A DNA stretch of 64,000 bases from Naegleria gruberi (Eukaryota). The notes under the pieces were generated by a model. The model was not told the origin of the DNA. It did not search any database and saw nothing but the letters and a program-made list of their open reading frames with translations. Within the stretch, counting starts at the first letter, position 1. Each line of letters starts with the position of its first letter. Below are positions 1 through 9,926 of this stretch, piece after piece. The DNA lies in the NCBI GenBank assembly GCA_000004985.1, contig GG738859.1; one strand, 5' to 3'. The position numbers and the translations under genes were made by a program.

Positions 1-3000
1 AAAGCTACATTAGAATCTCCACCATCAACTCCCTCTTCACCAGCAGAAGAAGAAGAAAAGAATGCTGTGGAAGAAACTGCCAACAACAAACCATCCAATG
101 TAATTATTCATGTAAAAAGAGAGGCAACACTGATTGACAATTATCCGAAAGAGAAGAAGAAGAAATCGTCTAATCAGTCTTCCGAGCAGCATCAACAACA
201 TTTTCAGGAGGATTCTTTTCTGGGTGGCTCAGATTTGACACCACTGAGCTTGCAATTTTTCACATTTCCAAATGATATTATTGCACAATTAATTGCATGC
301 AAAAAGTCAAATGACAGTCCCCTGTTAGAAGATCAAGACAATAATAATGAGAATAGTCAGGAAAATACTTCTTCACCATTAGAATTCGAGTTAAAGTGTA
401 TCGATGCTAGGAAACATACACTGCTGAAAGACATATTTTCTGGAGAGGAACAACTTGAATCATTGGAAAATAACAATTCCAATGATCAGGAAGAGGATCA
501 AGAGGAGGACTATGAAAATTTCATTGAACAGTCCAAAATTCACCCTCCAGCTCGATCCTATCACACTTTTATCAATACGGATGCATATGGATTTAAATAT
601 TATGGATTTTGTTATACTAAATTTTTCACATACCGAGTGTGTAATGTGACAAGAGATGGAAAACCAATCCATAATGATAATGTAGAGTTTTTCATTAGAT
701 ATCCATCATGTATTTGTATCCTTTCTAGATATGCCTTCCATTCTACCTTTTTAAAATTCTACTCTTTCCTAGATCAATATTTGTTCGAAAATAATGATGG
801 ATTCTTTTGTAGCGATTGTGGATATTTCACTTTCAATGAGGAATTATTGAAATACATGTACGATTTTTTCAATAATACTGATCCGAATGCTACGCCTGCC
901 ACTCCCTCTGGTTTGGACATGAATTTGTCACTGCCAGCTCTTTATGATAAGCTAGTTGTACATTTCCCTTCTATGGCTATCACATCTCCTTCTGACTATG
1001 TATTCACATCAAAAACCTCCACAGATCCTTCCAGTAATTGTATTAATGAAGTGAAAGTTGAATTTGACAAGATGCTCTTTGTGGGCACAAAAGAAGAACA
1101 CTTCAAAGAGGCAAGCCCAATCGATAAACATCACCATCAACCTTCCTCCCCTAATAGTAATTCCCCTAGTGATCCTTTTGATGATGCCTCCAAATCAACC
1201 GAAAAAGCTCCCAATTTTCCAATGTGTGACTTTGATTACTCAATTCTGACAACATGTTTGAGTATTGACAATATTATAACAATTGTAAATTACCTTTCCC
1301 TAGAAAAATCCTTAATCTTCCACAGCGTTAATTTATACAGAATGGTAATGGTAATGGAGAGTTTGAGACATTTAATTTATCCTTTCAGAATGACCTCAAT
1401 CTACATTCCAATTGCCCACGAAAAAATCATCAACTTTTTAGAAGCACCTTTCCCCTATATGGTTGGAACACATAGTGAAGTCATGTGGAACCATTTTAGA
1501 ATTGGATTCGAGAAGAAATCATCACCATTCAGAAGAACTCTCTGTTCACAATTTGAGGCACCCTCCTCTTCACATAAAGTGAACGTTCTCAATCTGAATG
1601 AAACCAAATTTTCAAACAAGGACAATATGGACTATGAAATGATTAATATTCCAGAAGGAGTTTGTATTGTAAACTTGGATGAAGATGTTATCAGATTTGT
1701 TGGAGAAGAGAGTGATGTATTATCATCAAAGAGTCAGTGGAAATGGTCTAGCGCTCTAATGCAGTACATTAAAGACGCAGTTGAAAAGAGTAGATCTAAT
1801 TTTGAAAAGAGCAATAGTGAATATATGAATCAAATCATCAAGAAGAGAGACGCTCAAATTCCCTCCCTCACCAGGAGAGGCAGTAGCTTCTTCTTCAAGG
1901 GCAGAAAGAAGGGTTCCTCAACTTTTATCAAAAATTCACCCTCAGTGAAGAATATTCTCGAGTCGTCTGAGGAAGTTGAAGTGACTGGAAAGGATCCACT
2001 CTCGAGTGGCTTATTTTCTCCATCAGCAAATAGCAATGATCATTATTTGAACCCTTCTCAAACTAGAAAAAGATCTGCAGCAGTTAGACCACTTGCAAAC
2101 CTCACTCAGAAAGAGCCACCACCAACCTCCACCCTTACCACTCCAAGACTTTCAATTTCAAACTCTCAAGCAATCATTTCTAAAAGGAAAAAGTCAGTAA
2201 TGGCTGTTGCTCAGGAAAATCAAGTGAGTCCACTTCTTACAGTTCACCCAATTAGAGAAATATTCTTGAATGTATTTATTAGATTACTTACTTGTTATGA
2301 AATATTTATTCAATTTGACAAGTTTGATCCAAAGAATGATATGAATATGACTGACATTTTTAATATTGACAAGTTTTTGAGTCTTGATAATTATGGAGGT
2401 TTTACTCCAGGATCTTCCCAAGTATCTCAAAATTTTAACCCATTCCAATTGAAGGACAAGACCATCAATAAGAAATTATTGATGGCTCTAACTCATTATG
2501 GAAATTATGGTGGTCATGTAGATTCTGTATTTCTCCGAGAATTCTTTAAAACTCAAATATTCCACTACTTTATCCAAAAGAAATGCGAGCTCTTTTGGAA
2601 TATTAGTAATTCCTTCAAGTCAAACACCCCAGAGGGAAATATGCCAATGAAGAGAACAGACTTTGCACAATCACTTCCTGATCTATTCGTTCAACATGAC
2701 AATATGCTCGAGCAAAACAAGCAATTGTCAGAGCATGTTCTTGCTTCAACAGTGACCAATACTTTCTACAAACTCTTTGATTACAAGATGCAACAATCTA
2801 CTGAAAGATTTTCACTCAATCTCTCCCTGATGCAAACCTCATACAGAAGATCATTCCTCTATAAACGAGGACGTTTCAGAAAGTCATGGAAGAAGAGATT
2901 CTTTGTTTTGAGAGATGACAATACAATGCTTTACTATGAAGGAGCAGAAGAAACTCAACTCAAAGGTTCAATCAAGTTGACTACCGATGGATTGACAAAG

Positions 3001-3690
3001 GTTTTCTCTGTCAAGGTCAATGAAAAGCGCATCTTTGAAAAGAATAGTGAATCTGAAGATGATTCATACTTTACATGGACAAAGAGCCAACAACTCGAAC
3101 TTGCTAGTTTATTGAAATTTGCTAGAGCCATGAATCAATCAGAGGATTCTGGAAGTGCTACCAATAATAATGAGGAAGAGGGAGTTCCTTCCACCTCTGA
3201 ACAATTCCCAACACCTTATGTTTTTGTGGTATTTGTGCCGGGTGGTAGATTGCTCTACTGTTGTGCTGAAAGTGAAAAAGCCAGAGAAGAATGGATCAAA
3301 GTTTTGAGAGCCAAGGTTATGCAATCAAATGTTACTTCCTCACTTCAGGATTATCTCAACAGATTGAAATGGCAACAAAGCAAGAAGAATTTCAACAAGA
3401 AGATTATTATCAATAGTGTTGGACATATAATCAACCATCAACCAAGTACTTCATCTATTTCCCATATCCAATCATCTCCCAATTTAGTGAATTCACCAAC
3501 ATCACCAGTCACTGCTATTCATCAACAACCTCTTGTTTTACACAAAATATTTGATTTTGTACCAATTGCTTTTAGAAATTCCAGCGAGCGTTACAAGGAA
3601 AGAAATGCAGACCTTGACATTCAAAGTATCAGTACAAGAATGCCTCTAGAGGAGTTCACACTAAGATCTTGTCTTGAAGTTATAAATTAA
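1..3690 (+). CDS. DENN-domain protein with a C-terminal PH domain. It is 5'-partial: frame 1 is open from position 1 and the ORF track begins at an internal GTG at 67.
   Basis: uDENN-like region (SYHTFINTDAYGFKYYGFCYTKFF) and core DENN region (IVNYLSLEKSLIFHSVNLYRMVMVMESLRHLIYPFRMTSIYIPIAHEKIINFLEAPFPYMVG). PH-like segment RGRFRKSWKKRFFVLRDDNTMLYYEG...WIKVLRAK. Continuous 1207-aa ORF. Confidence 0.6.
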   Translation, partial: KATLESPPSTPSSPAEEEEKNAVEETANNKPSNVIIHVKREATLIDNYPKEKKKKSSNQSSEQHQQHFQEDSFLGGSDLTPLSLQFFTFPNDIIAQLIACKKSNDSPLLEDQDNNNENSQENTSSPLEFELKCIDARKHTLLKDIFSGEEQLESLENNNSNDQEEDQEEDYENFIEQSKIHPPARSYHTFINTDAYGFKYYGFCYTKFFTYRVCNVTRDGKPIHNDNVEFFIRYPSCICILSRYAFHSTFLKFYSFLDQYLFENNDGFFCSDCGYFTFNEELLKYMYDFFNNTDPNATPATPSGLDMNLSLPALYDKLVVHFPSMAITSPSDYVFTSKTSTDPSSNCINEVKVEFDKMLFVGTKEEHFKEASPIDKHHHQPSSPNSNSPSDPFDDASKSTEKAPNFPMCDFDYSILTTCLSIDNIITIVNYLSLEKSLIFHSVNLYRMVMVMESLRHLIYPFRMTSIYIPIAHEKIINFLEAPFPYMVGTHSEVMWNHFRIGFEKKSSPFRRTLCSQFEAPSSSHKVNVLNLNETKFSNKDNMDYEMINIPEGVCIVNLDEDVIRFVGEESDVLSSKSQWKWSSALMQYIKDAVEKSRSNFEKSNSEYMNQIIKKRDAQIPSLTRRGSSFFFKGRKKGSSTFIKNSPSVKNILESSEEVEVTGKDPLSSGLFSPSANSNDHYLNPSQTRKRSAAVRPLANLTQKEPPPTSTLTTPRLSISNSQAIISKRKKSVMAVAQENQVSPLLTVHPIREIFLNVFIRLLTCYEIFIQFDKFDPKNDMNMTDIFNIDKFLSLDNYGGFTPGSSQVSQNFNPFQLKDKTINKKLLMALTHYGNYGGHVDSVFLREFFKTQIFHYFIQKKCELFWNISNSFKSNTPEGNMPMKRTDFAQSLPDLFVQHDNMLEQNKQLSEHVLASTVTNTFYKLFDYKMQQSTERFSLNLSLMQTSYRRSFLYKRGRFRKSWKKRFFVLRDDNTMLYYEGAEETQLKGSIKLTTDGLTKVFSVKVNEKRIFEKNSESEDDSYFTWTKSQQLELASLLKFARAMNQSEDSGSATNNNEEEGVPSTSEQFPTPYVFVVFVPGGRLLYCCAESEKAREEWIKVLRAKVMQSNVTSSLQDYLNRLKWQQSKKNFNKKIIINSVGHIINHQPSTSSISHIQSSPNLVNSPTSPVTAIHQQPLVLHKIFDFVPIAFRNSSERYKERNADLDIQSISTRMPLEEFTLRSCLEVIN

Positions 3691-3731
3691 TTTATTCTCT
3701 ATTTAAAATTTAATTTTGAATGAATTTAAGG

Positions 3732-6130
3732 TTAAAGCTCACAAGTTTGATTATCACAAAATCTTTCTGGTGAAGGTTCTTGTTTGATTCTATGTTCAGA
3801 AAGTGGTGATGTTGTTTTCAGTTTTGATCTCATTTCATTGTAAACTTCCTCCGTAATGCTCTCGTATGGCATTTGAGGATAAGGTGATGTATCTTGATCC
3901 ATCATTGGTAAAAAGCTAACTCCTTTGAGTTGATATTGGAAATAGTCAAGAGCATATTGAATCTGTTTACCTTCTGTTTGAGGATTGAAAGTAATAGTTG
4001 CACTGACCTGATTATCAGACCAATACTTTTGTAAAAAGGAAGCCAAAGATAATTGTTCCCACATTGAGAGCTCCTTTGCTGTTCTTATACCCTCTCCACA
4101 ATCTATTGGGAATTCAATAATGGTGGTATTTGGATCAGAGACTGCTGGTTCAGTTTTAAAACCTGCCTCTCTCAATGTTTCTACGAGTGGAGAATTATTA
4201 GCCAATCTCAATCGTCTAATGTAGAATCTCGAAATTGGATAATGCATTCCAGGTGTTGCTCCAGCAAGTAAACTCACAGTACCACTTGGCTTGATAGAGG
4301 TTGTTTTGATGGATCTTGGAATGGCCAACCAATCACTGAATTTCTTATCAAAATCTTGAATACTTTCATAACCCACCGAAGCCCATTTCTTCAATTCATC
4401 AATTCCTCTCTTGGTAATAAATTGTGCGATACCACTCATTGAACAACCAATTCTTCTATTTCTGAGCATTACTCTATTCACATCAGGCCAATGAGTCTTT
4501 CCCAAAGTTACAGTCTTGGCGAATAGGAAGGCATACTTGAGAGTTCTCTGGAAATCTTCCAATGACTCATGATTAGTTGGGAATGTCTCAACAAGACAAC
4601 ATAATTCATAACTTTCCAAAGTTTGTTCCAAACATGGATTACCTCCAGTAGCTCTGAAATCCTTGTTATCCTCAATTCCATTCATTCTAGAGAATTTTCT
4701 CATATTCTCCAAAAAGGCAATACCTGGTTCTCCATTAATTTCCATTCTCTTGGAAACCTTGGTATAATCCATGCCAATATTAGCAAATATAGAGTTGTTT
4801 GAGGTCCAGCCATATGACATTCTATGTGGATTCTTTTCATAATTTTTCAAATCAATAAATTCCTCATCATTAGCTTCACCAAAAGCAATTTCTGCTGATC
4901 TTCTAATATTTCCAGAAACTACACATTTTCCAATATAATTCATCAAATCCACAATATTTGTCACTGTAATTGGTTGTCCAGAACTCTTATCCAAAATAGA
5001 TTTGATATTTTCATGCAATTCTTTAAGAGATTCAGGTCCACTACTAACACCTCCAAATCCTCTAATAATTGCACCAGCTGGTCTAATCTTGCTGTAATCG
5101 AAAACTTGTGGTGCATTTCCGTTGAAATACGAATCTAACAACACTTTTACACTTTCAACCCATCCTTCTCTTGAATCGGCAATTATATTCATTGTTGGTT
5201 GTTTGGAATTGTCAATTCCCTTAATGACTGATATGTTAAATAAATTGAGTTAACAATATTGTTAAATATCAAAAAATAAACATATGAGCAGATTTCAAAA
5301 AACAACTTACCAAAACTTCCAGCTCCCTTTGTATCAAATCCAACTCCTACACCCAACATACTCATATCCATCAAAAAGACAAATGGCTTCAGAGGATCTT
5401 CTTTCATTGATTCTGTACTGACAAATGCACAATTATTAAGAGCTGCATAGAGACCTCTCTGTTCAGTCAATGGTGTTCCCATTCCCCAGAGACCTCTTCC
5501 AGATGGTAAGAATTTCATATTGAAAATTCTGTCATACATTTCCTGAGCAGATCTTTGAGCTTTTCTAGGATTCCAACCCAATTTATGATGCTCAATCCAA
5601 TTCCTTTGCATATTATAAGTACCATTCACAACTCTCTCCACAGTTTCATACCATTCTTCATTTCTATTCTCTTCCTCAATGACTCTTGAATAGGTTCTTT
5701 TATAAACCACTTCTCCGAGTCCATTAAAACCAAATGGTGGAGGTATATTCTTGTACTTTTCCACGAAAGCCTTACTCAACTTGAATCGATGCATATTTGA
5801 ATCATTGGTTACAGTTGTATCAATGGTCATACTGGTAGTTTCCAAATTACGTAGTTTTTTATATAATGTACTAATGTCAGCAGCCACTGATGATGATGTA
5901 TTACCTCCCATCACATCATTCATTAATTGAATATTTGTATGATAATTAAATCCCGAACAAGTCTTTATATTATTCAACATTAGAAATTCGTCATGATTTG
6001 ATTTCCTCCTCAACACAACTCCACCTTGTTTCCTACCAACACTACCCAACAAATATGTTGTTGAAGAGGTAGTAGTTGAGGAAACAACAGATCGTAAAAC
6101 AGTCTTTTGGCACGGTGATGATTTAAACAT
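3732..6130 (-). CDS. rtpR: Class II (adenosylcobalamin-dependent) monomeric ribonucleoside-triphosphate reductase, Lactobacillus leichmannii RTPR type. Two exons: complement(join(3732..5227,5311..6130)), with an 83-nt intron at 5228..5310.
   Basis: Strong similarity to L. leichmannii RTPR recalled from memory: LGEVVYKRTYSR...NEEWYETVERVVNGTY, LNNCAFV, PFVFLMDMSMLGVGVGF, DSREGWVESVKVLLDSYF, IRPAGAIIRGFGGVSSGP, GNIRRSAEIAFG...WTSNNS and a C-terminal CDNQTCEL redox tail. The donor is G|GTAAGT in the minus strand and the acceptor is TATCAG|TC; splicing joins GAGSF-V-IKGIDNSK in frame. The start codon is uncertain. The first in-frame ATG is at 6130; later Met codons such as MHRFKLSKAF lie closer to the bacterial N-terminus. 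Confidence 0.8.
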
Positions 6131-6391
6131 TTTTTCAAAAAGTTTGATAATTGGTTTTAAATACAAAGAGATTGAATTTTGATTAGGAAGAGATTTTAAA
6201 AGAAAGAGGTATTCTTTTTTGATTCGCATAGATCACACAGAGTATTTTGATTGAGCAGAGAGAGGGACTGGAATATTTGTGTGAGATTCTCAATTTTGAT
6301 TGGATTCAACAAGAGTTGAACCTTAATGAATAGTTTGGATAATATTGAGTGAATTGTTCTAATTGATTGAGGCAAAGAAGAAAAGAATAAT

Positions 6392-7708
6392 TTATTGAAT
6401 TTTAGCACCTTTTGCTTGACCTCTTTTCTTTTGATTCGGATTTAATAAACTCTTTGGTGCCTTTCGTTTTGGAGCTGAATTCTTTCGTTCCTGATCACTG
6501 GATGAGCTACCATCATCTGCAGCTGCACCAAGTCCTCCCAAATCGTGAGCTCCACTCGTAGTTGAAGGTTGATAGAGAATTAAACGATCTTGAGCTTGCC
6601 TCAATTTTTGACGTGTCTCTTGGAGCTCATTCCTCAGATCTGAGATGAGTTTGGCATCTTTGAGGGCACGAATTTCACTCAGTGCATTTCCATGACAAAC
6701 CAAATCCAAGAGTAATTGTTGCAATTTTTGTGTGAAATCACTAATGTGTCTGATGGCATATAACTCGAAAAGGAATTTGAGACGAATATTGAGGAGGGCA
6801 CTACTACCAGCTGTATTACTGGAAGAGGAATGTTGTGAATTGTCTTGTTGCTGATCTGAAGAAGAAGATTGTGGAATGGATTTGAGTGGTGAATAAATTA
6901 CAAGTTGGAGAACATCCTTTGATTCCTTATTTTCCTCATCAAATTGAAGAACAATATCACTCTCAGAAGGATCATCCATTCCAACACTCTTCTCACCTCT
7001 CTTATAAATAAACAATCCGTTTCTCAAGTATTGTAAATAATTGGCCCAAGAGATGTGATTCATACTAATCTTTTTACGATGTTGCTGCAAATCGTCAAAT
7101 CCCAAATCAGCTTCATAATATTCATCACCTCCATTAGTACAGGTCAGTAACAATCTCAATGCCTGTTGCTTAATTCTATCATTGAGTCGATCCAGATTCT
7201 TCAATTGTTGAACATCATTGGCCAGTGATTGTGTAAAACTTCCAACAACTGAAGCTGCTCCATTATTAGCTCTCCCTCCGTCAGTAGCCAAAACACAACT
7301 ATTAGAAATATCACCTCCTGCATAGTACTGTTCACTCGGAGCTCCAGCAAAATTATTCAATAATGAAATGGTCGTCTGATTTGGTAATTGATGATCGTGA
7401 GGATGATTGGCCTGTTGTTTTTGTGGATGATTCAATAGAGCACAATGATTTGATGTTGTCACACAGTGTTCCTCACTTGTGATGGCATTCCTAAATGGCC
7501 GAATAACTCTCATACTCACCACGAAGGGAACTCTATCTAGGTAGACAATCTTGTGAGTGGATTCCAATTTGGAGAGTTGTGTAATATAATCAATAAAATC
7601 CAATTTATCAACTTCATGTTCTTCTAAATCTTCCAATTGTTCTTCTCTTGTTGTTGATTGCAAGGAAGCTGATGATGATCCCGATAGAGAAGAGGATGTC
7701 GATTTCAT
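6392..7708 (-). CDS. Hypothetical protein with coiled-coil and Ser-rich regions. No function assigned.
   Basis: Continuous 438-aa ORF with codon usage similar to its neighbours. The C-terminal region is heptad-like (LQQLLLDLVCHGNALSEIRALKDAKLISDLRNELQETRQKLRQAQDRL). I recognise no domain with confidence. Confidence 0.45.
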   Translation of the reverse strand: MKSTSSSLSGSSSASLQSTTREEQLEDLEEHEVDKLDFIDYITQLSKLESTHKIVYLDRVPFVVSMRVIRPFRNAITSEEHCVTTSNHCALLNHPQKQQANHPHDHQLPNQTTISLLNNFAGAPSEQYYAGGDISNSCVLATDGGRANNGAASVVGSFTQSLANDVQQLKNLDRLNDRIKQQALRLLLTCTNGGDEYYEADLGFDDLQQHRKKISMNHISWANYLQYLRNGLFIYKRGEKSVGMDDPSESDIVLQFDEENKESKDVLQLVIYSPLKSIPQSSSSDQQQDNSQHSSSSNTAGSSALLNIRLKFLFELYAIRHISDFTQKLQQLLLDLVCHGNALSEIRALKDAKLISDLRNELQETRQKLRQAQDRLILYQPSTTSGAHDLGGLGAAADDGSSSSDQERKNSAPKRKAPKSLLNPNQKKRGQAKGAKIQ

Positions 7709-7813
7709 TTTTTTTAATCTTGGAATATTCTAAACGTAAACTATTTCAATCTTTTTCTATTTAATAATAATATTATGATATTTAATATATTTAATATTTA
7801 TAAAGTTTTACAA

Positions 7814-8606
7814 TTATTCTTCATCAACATCTGGCACTTGGAACATTCCTGGAGCATTCTTATCAACCAATCCGAAATACTTTTGAATACAAGTCTTGAA
7901 ACTATTACTACACAAAATGTAAATGAAAAGCATTCCACAATCAGTAAAGTCGGAACCTGGAATGTTTCTGTGAGTGAACATGTGGAAGAGGGAGATTGGT
8001 TCGAATGGTAATTTGGCAACAACTCTTCCATCGAAACTGTTAATTTATTCCGAAATTTAATATGATGATGATTAATTTAAATAATATATATATTCAACAA
8101 GTAGAGTTTTGTTCCAATTATAATTCCGTAACACATCCACAAAGATGACAATGATGACGTAACAAATTAATATATGATATAATTATAAATTAATAATAGT
8201 TAATATAATATGAAAAGTTGTGGATAGTGTTGAGAGAGAAAACATACGTATTATTCAATAAACCAAAAACACCAATCATGATAATACCAACAATAACGGT
8301 ACTCTTCATCTTGAACATGGACAATTCTTGTTGTTTAGCCTTGAGTTGTTCTCTTTCTCTTGTCAACATATCCTTCTTTCTCTTCAAAGACTTTTGATCT
8401 TCCTTTGAATTGTTAATACTTCCTCCTTTATGAATAATAATTGTTTCCTTCTTGGCATTATCAATTCTCTTTTGAATTTGTTCAACACTTTCTTGTAATT
8501 CTTGATATTCACTCTTCCGATAGACGAATACCCACTCGACAAAGGTTGTAAGGACAGATGTGCCCAAAGCAACCAACATTACCAAAACAGCATTTAGCAT
8601 ATTCAT
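7814..8606 (-). CDS. GET1/WRB-like receptor for tail-anchored protein insertion. Two exons: complement(join(7814..8036,8248..8606)), with a 211-nt intron at 8037..8247.
   Basis: TM1 (LNAVLVMLVALGTSVLTTFVEWVF), then a coiled-coil (EYQELQESVEQIQKRIDNAKKE...REREQLKAKQQEL), then TM2/TM3. The minus-strand GTATGT donor follows ...GLLNN-AC. Exon 2 after AACAG continues T-FDGRVVAKLPFEPISLFHMFTHR...CGMLFIYILCS, which parallels the human WRB C-terminus (VPSKWITPLDRLVAFPTRVAGGVGITCWILVCNKV). Exon 2 is not in the ORF track. Confidence 0.6.
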
Positions 8607-8769
8607 TTTTTTTAATTTTCTTAATTGTAAATTAAAAAGTATTAAACTTTTAAATTGAATTTTATGTAATATTTAATAAGTTTAAATTTAAGCATTTCTA
8701 GTATTAAATAATTACATAATATTAAATAATATTTATAATAGTTATTTAATTAAAATTTGATTAAAAAAA

Positions 8770-9816
8770 ATGTCATCATATCTTACCTCTTCGGAATTGT
8801 TTACTATTGGGTTTGTTGGAAATGAAAAGAAGAATAAGCAATTTTTTGAACCATTTGTAAATTACTGTAATACAATCAAGAAGGAAATTTGTAATTGTGT
8901 TGAAATTAAAATTGAAAATTCCGATCAGATGAATGAACAGCCTTGTGTTGATGTTTTGTTTTTCAAAGTTACTGATGATATGGTTATTGAAAGTTTGGAT
9001 ACGAGCGCTCATCAACGATTGGAAAATCTTCGTCAATACATTTCCAGAGAGGACATTTCTAACAAGACAGCAATTGTCGAATCATTGGAAGATACAAATA
9101 GATTTTTGGATCGTACAGTCATTCATAACTTTTTGGAGCAACAATTGCAAGATAATGATTATGTAAAGGTTCCAAAGATGTATTTTATCAATTCAAAGGA
9201 TGAGGATTTATCGAGAGTTGACAGTAAGAGTTTTCCTCTTGTTTGTAAAACTGTGGCTGCCTGTGGAAAGTCTGAAACTCATCATATGGCCATTGTTTTC
9301 AATCAGGATCAATTTGAAAAGGTTGTAAGAGGGGAAAATACTGATTGCAAGTTTAATGTTGCTACTCCACTCGTAGCTCAACAATTTATCAATCATGACA
9401 GTACACTCTATAAGGTGTATGTGATTGGTGAGAGAGTTTTTTATCAAATTAAGCCATCACTGAAAAATTTTGATCTGGAAGCTGAGCAGTCTATCATTAG
9501 CTTTGATAGTCAAAAGCCATTTGAATCAGCTGTTAGTGACTCTACAATAACGGAAAGCAAATTGCAAGAAGTTGACTATTCAAAACTCAATCAAGAAGGA
9601 TTTGACAAAATGTTTAAACAAGTTAGTGATCAATTAAGAAAGGCCCTCAATGTTTCTCTTTTTGGATTTGATTTAGTAAGAGATACTAATAGTAAGGCCT
9701 ATCATGTTGTGGACGTTAATTACTTCCCAAGTTATAAGGGTGTTTCTAGAGAAATTCTTTTCGATTATCTAATTGAACATTTATCTCAAAGAGTGCAAGA
9801 AAAGCGTAGAAATTAA
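8770..9816 (+). CDS. Inositol-tetrakisphosphate 1-kinase / inositol 1,3,4-trisphosphate 5/6-kinase (ITPK1 family, ATP-grasp fold).
   Basis: 348-aa ORF with ATP-grasp ITPK1-like motifs: PLVCKTVAACGKSETHHMAIVFN, QQFINHDSTLYKVYVIGERVFY, FGFDLVRD...YHVVDVNYFPSYKGV. Confidence 0.65.
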   Translation: MSSYLTSSELFTIGFVGNEKKNKQFFEPFVNYCNTIKKEICNCVEIKIENSDQMNEQPCVDVLFFKVTDDMVIESLDTSAHQRLENLRQYISREDISNKTAIVESLEDTNRFLDRTVIHNFLEQQLQDNDYVKVPKMYFINSKDEDLSRVDSKSFPLVCKTVAACGKSETHHMAIVFNQDQFEKVVRGENTDCKFNVATPLVAQQFINHDSTLYKVYVIGERVFYQIKPSLKNFDLEAEQSIISFDSQKPFESAVSDSTITESKLQEVDYSKLNQEGFDKMFKQVSDQLRKALNVSLFGFDLVRDTNSKAYHVVDVNYFPSYKGVSREILFDYLIEHLSQRVQEKRRN

Positions 9817-9926
9817 ATATTGTTATTTATTGATTCATAACGAGTAATAGTGCACTAGTCATGATTGATTGGAGGCTGTACAATGTGGAGAAACTTATTC
9901 AATTCCTCTCATCAGGTGGTTGACGC

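Noticed and set aside
6196-6408. 70-aa minus ORF between the RTPR start and the upstream gene's stop
   Set aside because: It overlaps the AT-rich 5' leader region of RTPR and has a non-coding composition.
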